Shown here: in pieces, positions 56,416-64,000 of the stretch
Layout of the letters: each line of letters begins with the position of its first letter
Position numbering within the stretch: position 1 is the first letter of the stretch
NCBI GenBank assembly: GCA_016932785.1
Contig: JAFGCJ010000002.1
Span: forward strand, 401,777-465,776
Length of the DNA: 64,000 nucleotides
Source: Candidatus Dojkabacteria bacterium
Lineage (GTDB): Bacteria; Patescibacteriota; Dojkabacteria; SC72; JAFGCJ01
Direction: 5' to 3'
Program-made: the position numbers and the translations under genes
Notes under the pieces: generated by a model
What the model was told of the DNA's origin: nothing
What the model saw: only the letters and a program-made list of their open reading frames with translations
Database searches by the model: none

Positions 56416-57707
56416 GAGAGCTCAACTTAAACTCCGGGGTAATAAACCAAAAAAAGAGAGAAAAGACATCAAAGACTCTAGAAACAACTGCTGTTCCAAA
56501 AGTAGACGAAAATCCAACAAAAAAGACTCCTCTCACCGAGAGAATCAAAAAACTACTCAAGAAATACCAAAACCTGCCTCCCAAGAAGAAAATCCTTGTG
56601 ACCGGACTCATATGTTCAATAATACTCATCATTGGCGGGATAAGTGCCTATTTTATAATATTCAGCAAAGAACCGATCAAAGATTTTACTATTCCCGAAA
56701 GAATCTCTGCAAAAAAATCTACATCACAATACTTTAGTAATATAATTCCTCCTTTCCCCGAGCCGCCAAGAGACAAAGAAAACCCGATCAATGGAGAGCT
56801 TTACACATCAAAACAATATTCCGCTATGGAGGACCGCTATCCTATTGCTGTAATGATAGAAAATCATGTCGACGCACGTCCCCAATCAGGATACAACTCT
56901 GCCGATATAGTTTATGAGGCACTTGCAGAAGGTGGAATTACTCGTACGATGGCAATATTTTGGGGTAAGGAATGTGAAGAAATCGGCCCCATAAGAAGCG
57001 CCCGTCAGTACTTCATCGAATGGCTTATGCCTTATGATCCTCTGTATATGTATATCGGTTATGCAACAAGCTCAGATCCGAGGGTAAACGCGGGGCAAAG
57101 CATTTACGAATATGGAATAAAAGGAATGGATGTATACGGAACATTCTGGAGGGATACTACACGATACTCCCCTCACAATGCTTACTCATCAACCGAACTT
57201 CTATATCAAAGAGCTAAAGACATTGGTTATACAGGAAAACCCGGTGAAATAAAGCCTCTCAAATTCAAGATGGATGCCGCTCCCGACAAAAGAGGGTCCT
57301 TTGAAAAAGTCACGATTACATTCTTTGAACGACTTTATAACGGCGGTCTCTATGATGTTACCTGGGTATACGATTCACAACGTAACGTCTATCTCCGCTA
57401 CAACGGCGACGACAAGTATATTGATCAAAATTCCGAACAACAGGTTTTTGCTAAAAATGTGATCATTCAAAGAATGGATACAATCTCGACTTTTGATTCC
57501 AAAGCTCATATAATAATAACCACCATTGATGAAGGCGATGCAATAATTCTACGAGATGGCCAAACTATAAATGCTACCTGGAAGAAAAAAGATCTAGAAT
57601 CAAGAACGAGATATTACGATAGTGATGGTAAAGAAATAGAACTAAACCGAGGCATCATATGGATAGAATCTGTCCCCATTGAACAAGGTAGTGTAACAAT
57701 AGATTAA
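56412..57707 (+). CDS. DUF3048 domain protein (YerB-like)
   Basis: YPIAVMIENHVDARPQSGYNSADIVYEALAEGGITRTMAIF. TM anchor. ATGA overlap with the upstream gene. Confidence 0.7.
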   Translation: MRELNLNSGVINQKKREKTSKTLETTAVPKVDENPTKKTPLTERIKKLLKKYQNLPPKKKILVTGLICSIILIIGGISAYFIIFSKEPIKDFTIPERISAKKSTSQYFSNIIPPFPEPPRDKENPINGELYTSKQYSAMEDRYPIAVMIENHVDARPQSGYNSADIVYEALAEGGITRTMAIFWGKECEEIGPIRSARQYFIEWLMPYDPLYMYIGYATSSDPRVNAGQSIYEYGIKGMDVYGTFWRDTTRYSPHNAYSSTELLYQRAKDIGYTGKPGEIKPLKFKMDAAPDKRGSFEKVTITFFERLYNGGLYDVTWVYDSQRNVYLRYNGDDKYIDQNSEQQVFAKNVIIQRMDTISTFDSKAHIIITTIDEGDAIILRDGQTINATWKKKDLESRTRYYDSDGKEIELNRGIIWIESVPIEQGSVTID

Positions 57708-57722
57708 AATTGATTAATAAAA

Positions 57723-58298
57723 ATGATCGATCAATTATTTGTATCAAAAGTTAGGGTGAAACTTCTTAAGTTTTTCTTTTTAGATACATCTAAAGAACTT
57801 CACATCCGTGGAATCACTAGAAAGATTGACGAGGAAATTAATGCTGTAAGAAGAGAACTCAAGAATCTTGAATCTGCGTCTATCCTCAGAAAGGAACGAC
57901 GAGGAAATCGTCTTTACTACAAAATTAATAAGGACTGTCCCATATATTACGAGTTGCTCGGCCTTGTAAACAAGGAATTTGGCCTCGGTAGAACGATTCT
58001 TGATAACAAAGACCACTTAGGTGAAGTTAGGTATGCAGTTTTAACTACAGCATATCTGGAAAATCATCACCCTTCTCCATACGATGTCGATATTTTGATT
58101 ATCGGTAATCTCGAAATGAAAAACATATCATCTGCCATAAAGAGCGCCGAATCATCCATAGGACGAGAAATAAGGTATACTGTTATGACCGAAGAGGAAT
58201 TCGACTTCAGAAAAAAGAAGAGAGATTCTTTTATATCCAATATACTAAATCGTCAAAAGATTATACTAATTGGAGACGAAAACGAATTAATGTCATGA
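57723..58298 (+). CDS. Winged-helix (ArsR-like) DNA-binding protein with a C-terminal alpha/beta domain
   Basis: SKVRVKLLKFFFLD...HIRGITRKIDEEINAVRRELKNLESASILRKERRGNRLYYKIN. Confidence 0.55.
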   Translation: MIDQLFVSKVRVKLLKFFFLDTSKELHIRGITRKIDEEINAVRRELKNLESASILRKERRGNRLYYKINKDCPIYYELLGLVNKEFGLGRTILDNKDHLGEVRYAVLTTAYLENHHPSPYDVDILIIGNLEMKNISSAIKSAESSIGREIRYTVMTEEEFDFRKKKRDSFISNILNRQKIILIGDENELMS

Positions 58299-59500
58299 AA
58301 ATACGACTGCCTAGAATAAAACTCCCTAGACTGCAGATTCAACAAGACGTGATTGTCAAAACCGCTTTTATATTAGTCTATTCCGTTGCATGTTTATTCA
58401 TTCTTATACCACAAATAGACTATCAATCCTGGTATCCGGAGAAGCTAGGTACGTATGATTACAAACTTGGTATTGAGTATAGAGAGCATAAAAGAATCTC
58501 TATCGATCTCAAGGAAAACAACATCGATGACAAACAAGTAAATGCTCTCGTAGAGGCAATATACCAGAGAGCCGAAGAAGCAAATCTAAATGATTTCTTT
58601 ATAAGAAAGAACTCGGACAAACTAGAAATTCATATACCCCACTGGTACAGCGACTCATTCGCAACAAGTCTCATTTCTCCAGGAAAAATTGAAATCTTGA
58701 AACCAAAAGACCTCGAGTCCGAAGACAGTCAACCATCTGTTGACCAGATTTTCAGTCGCGACAACTACGAAAGCGTTGGAATTAAAACGTCCAAATTTGA
58801 CAAGGCTACAATAACAAATCAGAGAGCAGGTTACTCATACATAAGTATCAAAAGTGATAAAGACCAAGAAAGAAGACTTAACAAACTTGGAGAAGAATCC
58901 CAGACATCAAATATCGGGCTCGTAATTGACGACTCGGTAAATCTGGCATGGGTCCTTCCTTCCGATGACGAGACAACAAAATACCCTACTCTCATAATTC
59001 TGATGGAATCACCGGAAGTAGAGATTTTTGTCTCGCAACTCATAAACGATCCACTAGAAATGCCAATAGTCACAAGCAACATAGATACTGTCAAGGGAAC
59101 GCAGCGTGAAAGTACGCTATATGCAGTAATCGGCTCTATAGTTGGACTGACAGCAGCAGGTCTACTATTCCAAGCTCTCTACAGGAAGTACTCAGTAAAT
59201 CACATTGCAGCAACAGGCCTTATGATAATAGGCATTATGACATTACTGAAGATCACAGAACCAACGCTTTCTTTGGCAGCAATGATAGGAACACTTTCAA
59301 TATTTGTCTTAATAATGTTCCTTAAATCGGGAACTTATGCGATAGCTTTTCCTATTATTATAGTCATTGGTCTAGCATCATGGTTATCACCAAATCCTAC
59401 ACTGAAGAGCATTGCCAATATCTACATTTCTACGGGAATATTTGCAACGTCTTATTATATTGTTTGTTACCTACTCGGAATATATGAAGAAAAAAGTTAG
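58295..59500 (+). CDS. Hypothetical polytopic membrane protein with a large N-terminal extracytoplasmic domain
   Basis: 401 aa. ATGA overlap with the upstream regulator. One N-terminal and about four C-terminal TM helices. Confidence 0.45.
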   Translation: MKIRLPRIKLPRLQIQQDVIVKTAFILVYSVACLFILIPQIDYQSWYPEKLGTYDYKLGIEYREHKRISIDLKENNIDDKQVNALVEAIYQRAEEANLNDFFIRKNSDKLEIHIPHWYSDSFATSLISPGKIEILKPKDLESEDSQPSVDQIFSRDNYESVGIKTSKFDKATITNQRAGYSYISIKSDKDQERRLNKLGEESQTSNIGLVIDDSVNLAWVLPSDDETTKYPTLIILMESPEVEIFVSQLINDPLEMPIVTSNIDTVKGTQRESTLYAVIGSIVGLTAAGLLFQALYRKYSVNHIAATGLMIIGIMTLLKITEPTLSLAAMIGTLSIFVLIMFLKSGTYAIAFPIIIVIGLASWLSPNPTLKSIANIYISTGIFATSYYIVCYLLGIYEEKS

Positions 59501-60104
59501 CATATCAAATTCTAATATTATGCTTTATATAGGCATATTTCTGCTTGTACTTCCCATATTGGGCACAGTTTTTAATCCCAAAGTGCCAGAGATCATATAT
59601 AAAATCGACCTCTACTCTGGTTTGGCTGTTAGAACAACAATAATATCTATTCTTGTAATAATCATCTGCTACAGTATCATTAGAGCTGTTTACCTAAACG
59701 GTAAATCCACCAATTCCATCCGCATCTCAATAACAAGCTTTGTTCTAAACCTGTTATCCATCATCTTGTTCTTAATAGGATCAACTATCATCTACAAAAT
59801 AGTCGGGATAGATACAATATCTCAACTTTCCGGAACGGTAATTTCAATATCATTATTCTCGATTCTCATCACAATGATCTACGAGGATATCGAGATTTAT
59901 CAAAGAAAAGATAATCAATTACCAAATATTCAAATAGGATCCATCCTGGCAATGCTAGCAACGACGCTCATAACAGGACTCCTACTGGCATTTTCAAGAA
60001 CACCGGTTTCTGATCAGGTTATGGCTTCATCTCTTCCCTTATGGAATCTTATATACCTGCTTTTAGTACGTAAAAGCATCCTTCGATATCTCATAAAAGT
60101 CTAA
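59484..60104 (+). CDS. Hypothetical polytopic membrane protein
   Basis: ATG at 59484 (MKKKVSISNSNIMLYIGIFLLVLPIL). About six TM helices. The listed upstream extension overlaps the previous gene. Confidence 0.4.
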   Translation: MKKKVSISNSNIMLYIGIFLLVLPILGTVFNPKVPEIIYKIDLYSGLAVRTTIISILVIIICYSIIRAVYLNGKSTNSIRISITSFVLNLLSIILFLIGSTIIYKIVGIDTISQLSGTVISISLFSILITMIYEDIEIYQRKDNQLPNIQIGSILAMLATTLITGLLLAFSRTPVSDQVMASSLPLWNLIYLLLVRKSILRYLIKV

Positions 60105-60106
60105 AC

Positions 60107-61021
60107 ATGTCGAAAATCATAGCCATAGGTGGACTTACTTCCTCAGGAAAGAGTTCCCTTGGAATAAAAATTGCTAAAAAATTTGACGGAGAAATTATCA
60201 ACGCAGATTCAAGACAAATATACCGGTATCTTGATATAGGTACCGGGAAGGAGCCAGTATCTGAGCATAAAAAAGACGGTACGGTCATTATAAATGGTAT
60301 TATTCATCATCTTATAGATATCCTGGATCCAGACGAAGACTACAATCTCGCAACTTATAAGAAAAAGACCGAAAGTAAAATATCAGAAATTGCTGACAGA
60401 GATAAACTACCTATTCTTGTCGGAGGAACAGGGCTTTATCTGGATGCTGTCGTATATAACTATGCGCTTGAAGGTAACGGCCCAGACTTGCATCAAAGAG
60501 AGTACCTTCAATCCCTCGAAATCGACCAGCTGCAAAAGCTTTGCCACAAAAATGATCCTAGGTCATTTTCAGAAATGAATCAAAGCGATAAAAAAAATCC
60601 ACACAGACTTATACGATGCATCGAAAGGTCACAATATAAAGAAAGATCAAATACAAACAGAGAAAAAAGTCCATACACGAGCCTATACCTTTGTAGAAAT
60701 ACTTCGGCACTACAACTTGAAAACCAGATAAACGACCGTGTAGAAGAGATGTTCAAAACCGGTCTCTTAGAAGAAAACAAGAAACTTAGAGAACAAGGAT
60801 TTTCTACCGAAATGTCTTCGATGAAGACCATAGGATACAGAGAATTCGATGAATACTTCAGCGGAAATATAACCCTCGAAGAAACCAAATCTCTCATCAA
60901 AACCCACACAAGACAATATGCCAAGCGTCAGATGACATGGTTTAAGCGAAATCCAGACATAACCTGGTTCAAAACTCCAAAAAAAGCACTTGAGCTTGTT
61001 AGTAAGTTTCTTTCTAGCTAG
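60107..61021 (+). CDS. miaA: tRNA dimethylallyltransferase
   Basis: IIAIGGLTSSGKSSLGIKIAKKF, INADSRQIYRYLDIGTGK, ILVGGTGLY. Confidence 0.9.
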   Translation: MSKIIAIGGLTSSGKSSLGIKIAKKFDGEIINADSRQIYRYLDIGTGKEPVSEHKKDGTVIINGIIHHLIDILDPDEDYNLATYKKKTESKISEIADRDKLPILVGGTGLYLDAVVYNYALEGNGPDLHQREYLQSLEIDQLQKLCHKNDPRSFSEMNQSDKKNPHRLIRCIERSQYKERSNTNREKSPYTSLYLCRNTSALQLENQINDRVEEMFKTGLLEENKKLREQGFSTEMSSMKTIGYREFDEYFSGNITLEETKSLIKTHTRQYAKRQMTWFKRNPDITWFKTPKKALELVSKFLSS

Positions 61022-62285
61022 CTTCTATTTTTTCTTTTCCCACGTAATCACGAAGCACCTCAGGAACAGTAAGACTTCCATCCTCATTTTGATATGTCTC
61101 AATAAGTGCTGCCATCAATCTTGACGTCGCAAGCCCAGAAGCGTTGAGGGTATGCGTATATTCCATTTTCCCTTCAGCATCTTTATATCTCACATTTCCT
61201 CTTCTACTCTGAAAGTCATGGGCATTAGAAATTGAGCTAACCTCTGTCCATTTATCCAGATATGGCAACCAAACTTCCACATCATATGTCCTAGCCATAC
61301 CAAACGACATATCCTCTGCAGCAAGCTTTGATACACGATGAGTTAGCCCAAGACCCTGTACAAGTTTTTCTGCACGTGCTACAAGATCATTGAACTCACC
61401 CGCCGACTTTTCCTTGGTCGTATAATGAAACATCTCGACTTTATCAAACTGGTGCATTCTGATAAGACCTCTTTCATCCTTACCATATGAACCAGCTTCA
61501 CGCCTGTAACAAGGAGTATACGCAAAGTACTTAAGCGGAAGATCTGCTTTATCAAGGACCTCATCCCGATGGAGATTGCACAAAGCTGTCTCTGCTGTAG
61601 GAAGAAGACACTGTGAATCCTGGGTCCAGTAAACATCATCCTTGAACTTAGGAAGTTGCCCTGCTACATATGCCGACTCTTCATTAAGAAGATGCGGTGG
61701 AATTATACAAACATAGCCATCTTTACGATGAAATTTCATGAAGTAGTCGATAAGAGCCCACTCAAGCACAGCCCCATCACCCACATACATTGGCATTTGG
61801 GCTCCACTTATTTTTGAGGCACGCTTGAAATCTAAAATTCCCAATTTTTCTCCTACTTCGGTATGATCCTTCACTTTAAATCCAAAATCGCGTTTCTCAC
61901 CCCACTCCCGTATAACTTCGTTGTTCTCTTTTCCTCCAGCAACAATATCCTCTTCAGGAACATTTGGAAGACCTGCAACCATCTCGTCAAGTTTATCTTT
62001 TGTCTCATTTAACTGAACTTCAAACTTCTTAACCTCATCAGAGAGAACCTTCAGATCCTTAACAGATTTTTTGAATCCGTCACTCGATTTATCTTTTATC
62101 GAAGCCATTTTCTCATTGTACTTTTTCTGCTCTGCTCTCTTCGCCTCATATGCCGAAAGTACCTTCTTGTACTTCTCATACATGTTCAATATTTCATCAA
62201 GGTTTAGATCCTTTTCTGTAACCCTCTTCAATAAACCATCTCTGACTTTCTGTATGTCATCAACAATTCTTTTTATATCGATCAT
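61014..62285 (-). CDS. serS: Seryl-tRNA synthetase
   Basis: N-terminal coiled coil MIDIKRIVDD. Motif 2 YTPCYRREAGSYGKDERGLIRMHQFDKVE. Motif 3 HTLNASGLATSRLMAALIE. Confidence 0.95.
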   Translation of the reverse strand: MIDIKRIVDDIQKVRDGLLKRVTEKDLNLDEILNMYEKYKKVLSAYEAKRAEQKKYNEKMASIKDKSSDGFKKSVKDLKVLSDEVKKFEVQLNETKDKLDEMVAGLPNVPEEDIVAGGKENNEVIREWGEKRDFGFKVKDHTEVGEKLGILDFKRASKISGAQMPMYVGDGAVLEWALIDYFMKFHRKDGYVCIIPPHLLNEESAYVAGQLPKFKDDVYWTQDSQCLLPTAETALCNLHRDEVLDKADLPLKYFAYTPCYRREAGSYGKDERGLIRMHQFDKVEMFHYTTKEKSAGEFNDLVARAEKLVQGLGLTHRVSKLAAEDMSFGMARTYDVEVWLPYLDKWTEVSSISNAHDFQSRRGNVRYKDAEGKMEYTHTLNASGLATSRLMAALIETYQNEDGSLTVPEVLRDYVGKEKIEAS

Positions 62286-62364
62286 CTTTATTTATCGATC
62301 AATTTAACTATTCACCCTATCCGGTAGATGCCGCTTCACGAGTCTTTTTAGTACATCTAGAACC

Positions 62365-62392
62365 AAAAAGAGCTCCCCGCTGGGAGCTCTTT
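62365..62392 (-). terminator. Intrinsic terminator hairpin inside the serS leader (attenuator 3:4 helix)
   Basis: Minus strand reads AAAGAGCTCCC-agcg-GGGAGCTCTTT followed by TT: an 11-bp stem with an 8-bp GC-rich core and a run of five T. No upstream minus-strand gene exists for it to terminate. Confidence 0.6.
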
Positions 62393-62411
62393 GATTTCCG
62401 GGTATAGAAAT

Positions 62412-62492
62412 CTAGCATAGACCCCAGCAGGCCTCAGAAGAGGATGAGGAGAAACTAGATACTAGATTTTGCAAAAATATTTTGTACTTCAT
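62412..62492 (-). CDS. Candidate Ser-rich leader peptide of serS (26 aa)
   Basis: Minus strand reads ATG AAG TAC AAA ATA TTT TTG CAA AAT CTA GTA TCT AGT TTC TCC TCA TCC TCT TCT GAG GCC TGC TGG GGT CTA TGC TAG, which translates to MKYKIFLQNLVSSFSSSSSEACWGLC. In-frame ATGs also occur at 62498 and 62504. It is located in the serS 5' region with the terminator about 20 nt downstream. Confidence 0.5.
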   Translation of the reverse strand: MKYKIFLQNLVSSFSSSSSEACWGLC

Positions 62493-62637
62493 TGACATTA
62501 ACATTGTAGCACTATTTTAATATTAGATCCAAATACTACTATTCTCATAACGTTTATCCCATTTGCGTTGCAGCACAATGCGGTACTGTCCTTTTTGTTT
62601 TAAATTAATATGAAATTAATTTTTTATCTCATATCTA

Positions 62638-63987
62638 ATGTTTAAGAAACAGCTGACTACAGTTATCGGTCAAACGTTGGCTATAGCTGCAGTTCTCTCC
62701 GGAGTTTTCATCTGGGGATCTATACTAATAACCGCCACGCAAGCTTCACCAGATGAGCAGAAATCACTGGATCCCACAACAAACAATCTCGCAAAAGAAC
62801 GTGGAATCAGCATAAAAGAGGCCAGAAAGAGAATCAAATGGCAGGATAGTGCCAGTGATCTCAACGACACTCTAACTGAAGAGCTTTCTGATGAAGATTT
62901 CGGCGGGGTATGGATCGGCGAAGACGACAGAGTCAAAGTTGGCGTTCTAAATGGTTCCCAAAATGGCAATAATAAAGACAAAATTAAAAACGAAGCAAGA
63001 AGTTTAGGACTAGAGAATGCTGTCGACTACGTACCAGTCGCAAACTCCTTCGAAGAACTTGAAATAGCAAGGGAAAGAATAAGTAATGAGGCAGAAATTG
63101 TAAATGAAGAAGCAGACTGGCCAATATATGCAGGAATTACTACCGATACCAATCAGGTTCTTGTACATATACCAGAAAAAAATAACGAGCTAACCAAAGA
63201 ACAAAGAGTCTTTCTTAACGAGATTAAGAAAGAGTATGGGCGAATGGTGAAGACAACCACCTATAAGGAATTGCCTGTTGATACAAACTGCTACTTCCCT
63301 TACTGTGACAGCCCTCTTCGCGGCGGTGTCGGTATAAGCGGAAGTAATAATTACAGTGCGCCATATTGTACTGCAGGATTTATGGTCAGAGGAAATTCTG
63401 GTACGAGGTATGTTCTTACTGCTGGCCACTGCTCTTCCGGAGGAAATGGTTGGGCTACATATACTAGTAGTGGAAGTCTAAAAAAGATCGGACCAATTCA
63501 CCGAAGCGTCTACAATCAGAGAATTGACGCCATGATTATCAAAATTCGTGAAGACACCTACAACTGGAATGTTCAAGGATCTGTGTTTATAACTAATGGC
63601 CTGGGAATAGACGGATTCTGGGGACCAAGCTATAACGAAAATTATGATATTAACGGTACAAGCACCAGTGGAAACCTTGTAGGCAGCAGAATATGCAAGA
63701 CTGGAGCCGCTACAGGTTCAAGTTGTGGTGCTGTTCATGAGGTCGATATAGAGGTGGCATTTGCTGATCAGGTGTCAACTAATCTCGTTCGAGCCGGATA
63801 CTGTAATAACTATGGAGATAGCGGTGGTCCTGTTTTCAGAAACGGAAAGGCTTTAGGCATCAATAAGGGAGGAAATCTCAGCTATGGATATAAGATTTCA
63901 ATCAATGGCTACTGCAATGATGAACAGTACTATACAGGAATCCGTCCGATAATCAGAGCAATGGACAATACCATCGACATCTTCTAG
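62638..63987 (+). CDS. Secreted S1-family serine protease, alpha-lytic protease/streptogrisin-like with an N-terminal pro-region
   Basis: Signal/TM segment. Pro-region DFGGVWIGEDDRVKVGV. Catalytic triad contexts YVLTAGHC (His), RIDAMIIKI (Asp) and YGDSGGPVF (Ser). Multiple Cys pairs. Confidence 0.8.
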   Translation: MFKKQLTTVIGQTLAIAAVLSGVFIWGSILITATQASPDEQKSLDPTTNNLAKERGISIKEARKRIKWQDSASDLNDTLTEELSDEDFGGVWIGEDDRVKVGVLNGSQNGNNKDKIKNEARSLGLENAVDYVPVANSFEELEIARERISNEAEIVNEEADWPIYAGITTDTNQVLVHIPEKNNELTKEQRVFLNEIKKEYGRMVKTTTYKELPVDTNCYFPYCDSPLRGGVGISGSNNYSAPYCTAGFMVRGNSGTRYVLTAGHCSSGGNGWATYTSSGSLKKIGPIHRSVYNQRIDAMIIKIREDTYNWNVQGSVFITNGLGIDGFWGPSYNENYDINGTSTSGNLVGSRICKTGAATGSSCGAVHEVDIEVAFADQVSTNLVRAGYCNNYGDSGGPVFRNGKALGINKGGNLSYGYKISINGYCNDEQYYTGIRPIIRAMDNTIDIF

Positions 63988-64000
63988 ACAACACCCACAC

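Noticed and set aside
62286-62520. Expected a T-box leader upstream of serS, as in Firmicutes.
   Set aside because: No GGUGGNACCGCG-like T-box motif, specifier loop or 7-nt bulge antiterminator is present on the minus strand. The region is better explained by the Ser-rich leader ORF plus alternative helices.
62540-62637. Hairpin GCGTTG-cagca-CAATGC followed by a T-rich stretch in the 5' region of the protease gene, considered as a possible attenuator or riboswitch.
   Set aside because: The stem is only 6 bp including a G-U pair, and it is separated from the T run by about 10 nt. No conserved riboswitch motif was recognised.
1-64000. Alternative genetic code (UGA recoding, as in some CPR lineages).
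   Set aside because: TGA clearly terminates conserved proteins at their expected C-termini (ftsX 1417..1419, ABC ATPase 15395..15397). No conserved gene needs read-through of TGA.
1-64000. CRISPR arrays, transposases, integrases, prophage or other mobile elements.
   Set aside because: No direct-repeat/spacer periodicity, inverted terminal repeats or recognisable recombinase motifs were seen. The only repeat-like signals are the tandem GNAT paralogs and the short ATCTAG modules.

Overview
This is a 64-kb, low-GC (roughly 35-40% by eye), densely coding bacterial chromosome segment that uses the standard code. TGA is used as a stop, for example at ftsX (1417..1419) and at 15395..15397. The gene content suggests a reduced-genome, probably monoderm, Patescibacteria/CPR-like organism, but this placement is inference only. 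The supporting content is ftsEX plus an M23 hydrolase, LTD/PKD surface proteins with an LAxTG-type anchor, an archaeal-length AspRS, aldehyde:ferredoxin oxidoreductase, an AmmeMemoRadiSam triad and many orphan membrane proteins. Almost no Shine-Dalgarno sequences are visible. I support about 70 CDS and two tRNAs, Gln-CUG and Pro-GGG, both on the minus strand. The CDS include ftsE/ftsX, hpf, trxA, gltX, aspS, recJ-recX-sppA-recA, mscL, rlmN, glmS, miaB, miaA and serS. I saw no rRNA, CRISPR array, transposase or integrase. The most interesting signals are regulatory and architectural. (1) The serS upstream region encodes a 26-codon leader ORF with 7 Ser in 8 consecutive codons. It is followed by mutually exclusive antiterminator and terminator helices, the layout of a classical ribosome-mediated attenuator, here apparently applied to seryl-tRNA synthetase. 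(2) A T-box leader with a GAC (Asp) specifier and a UGGC bulge lies upstream of aspS. (3) AspRS carries a C-terminal YbaK/ProX-like editing domain. (4) The FtsEX-linked M23 peptidase appears circularly permuted. (5) FtsE carries an RNAP alpha-CTD-like helix-hairpin-helix tail. (6) An APH-fold protein with both catalytic Asp residues replaced lies between gltX and tRNA-Gln. (7) An ABC1 kinase, a phasin and a Gly/Arg-rich orphan form an operon next to a stand-alone EncFtn-like ferritin. All functional calls come from motif recognition by eye. No database search was run.
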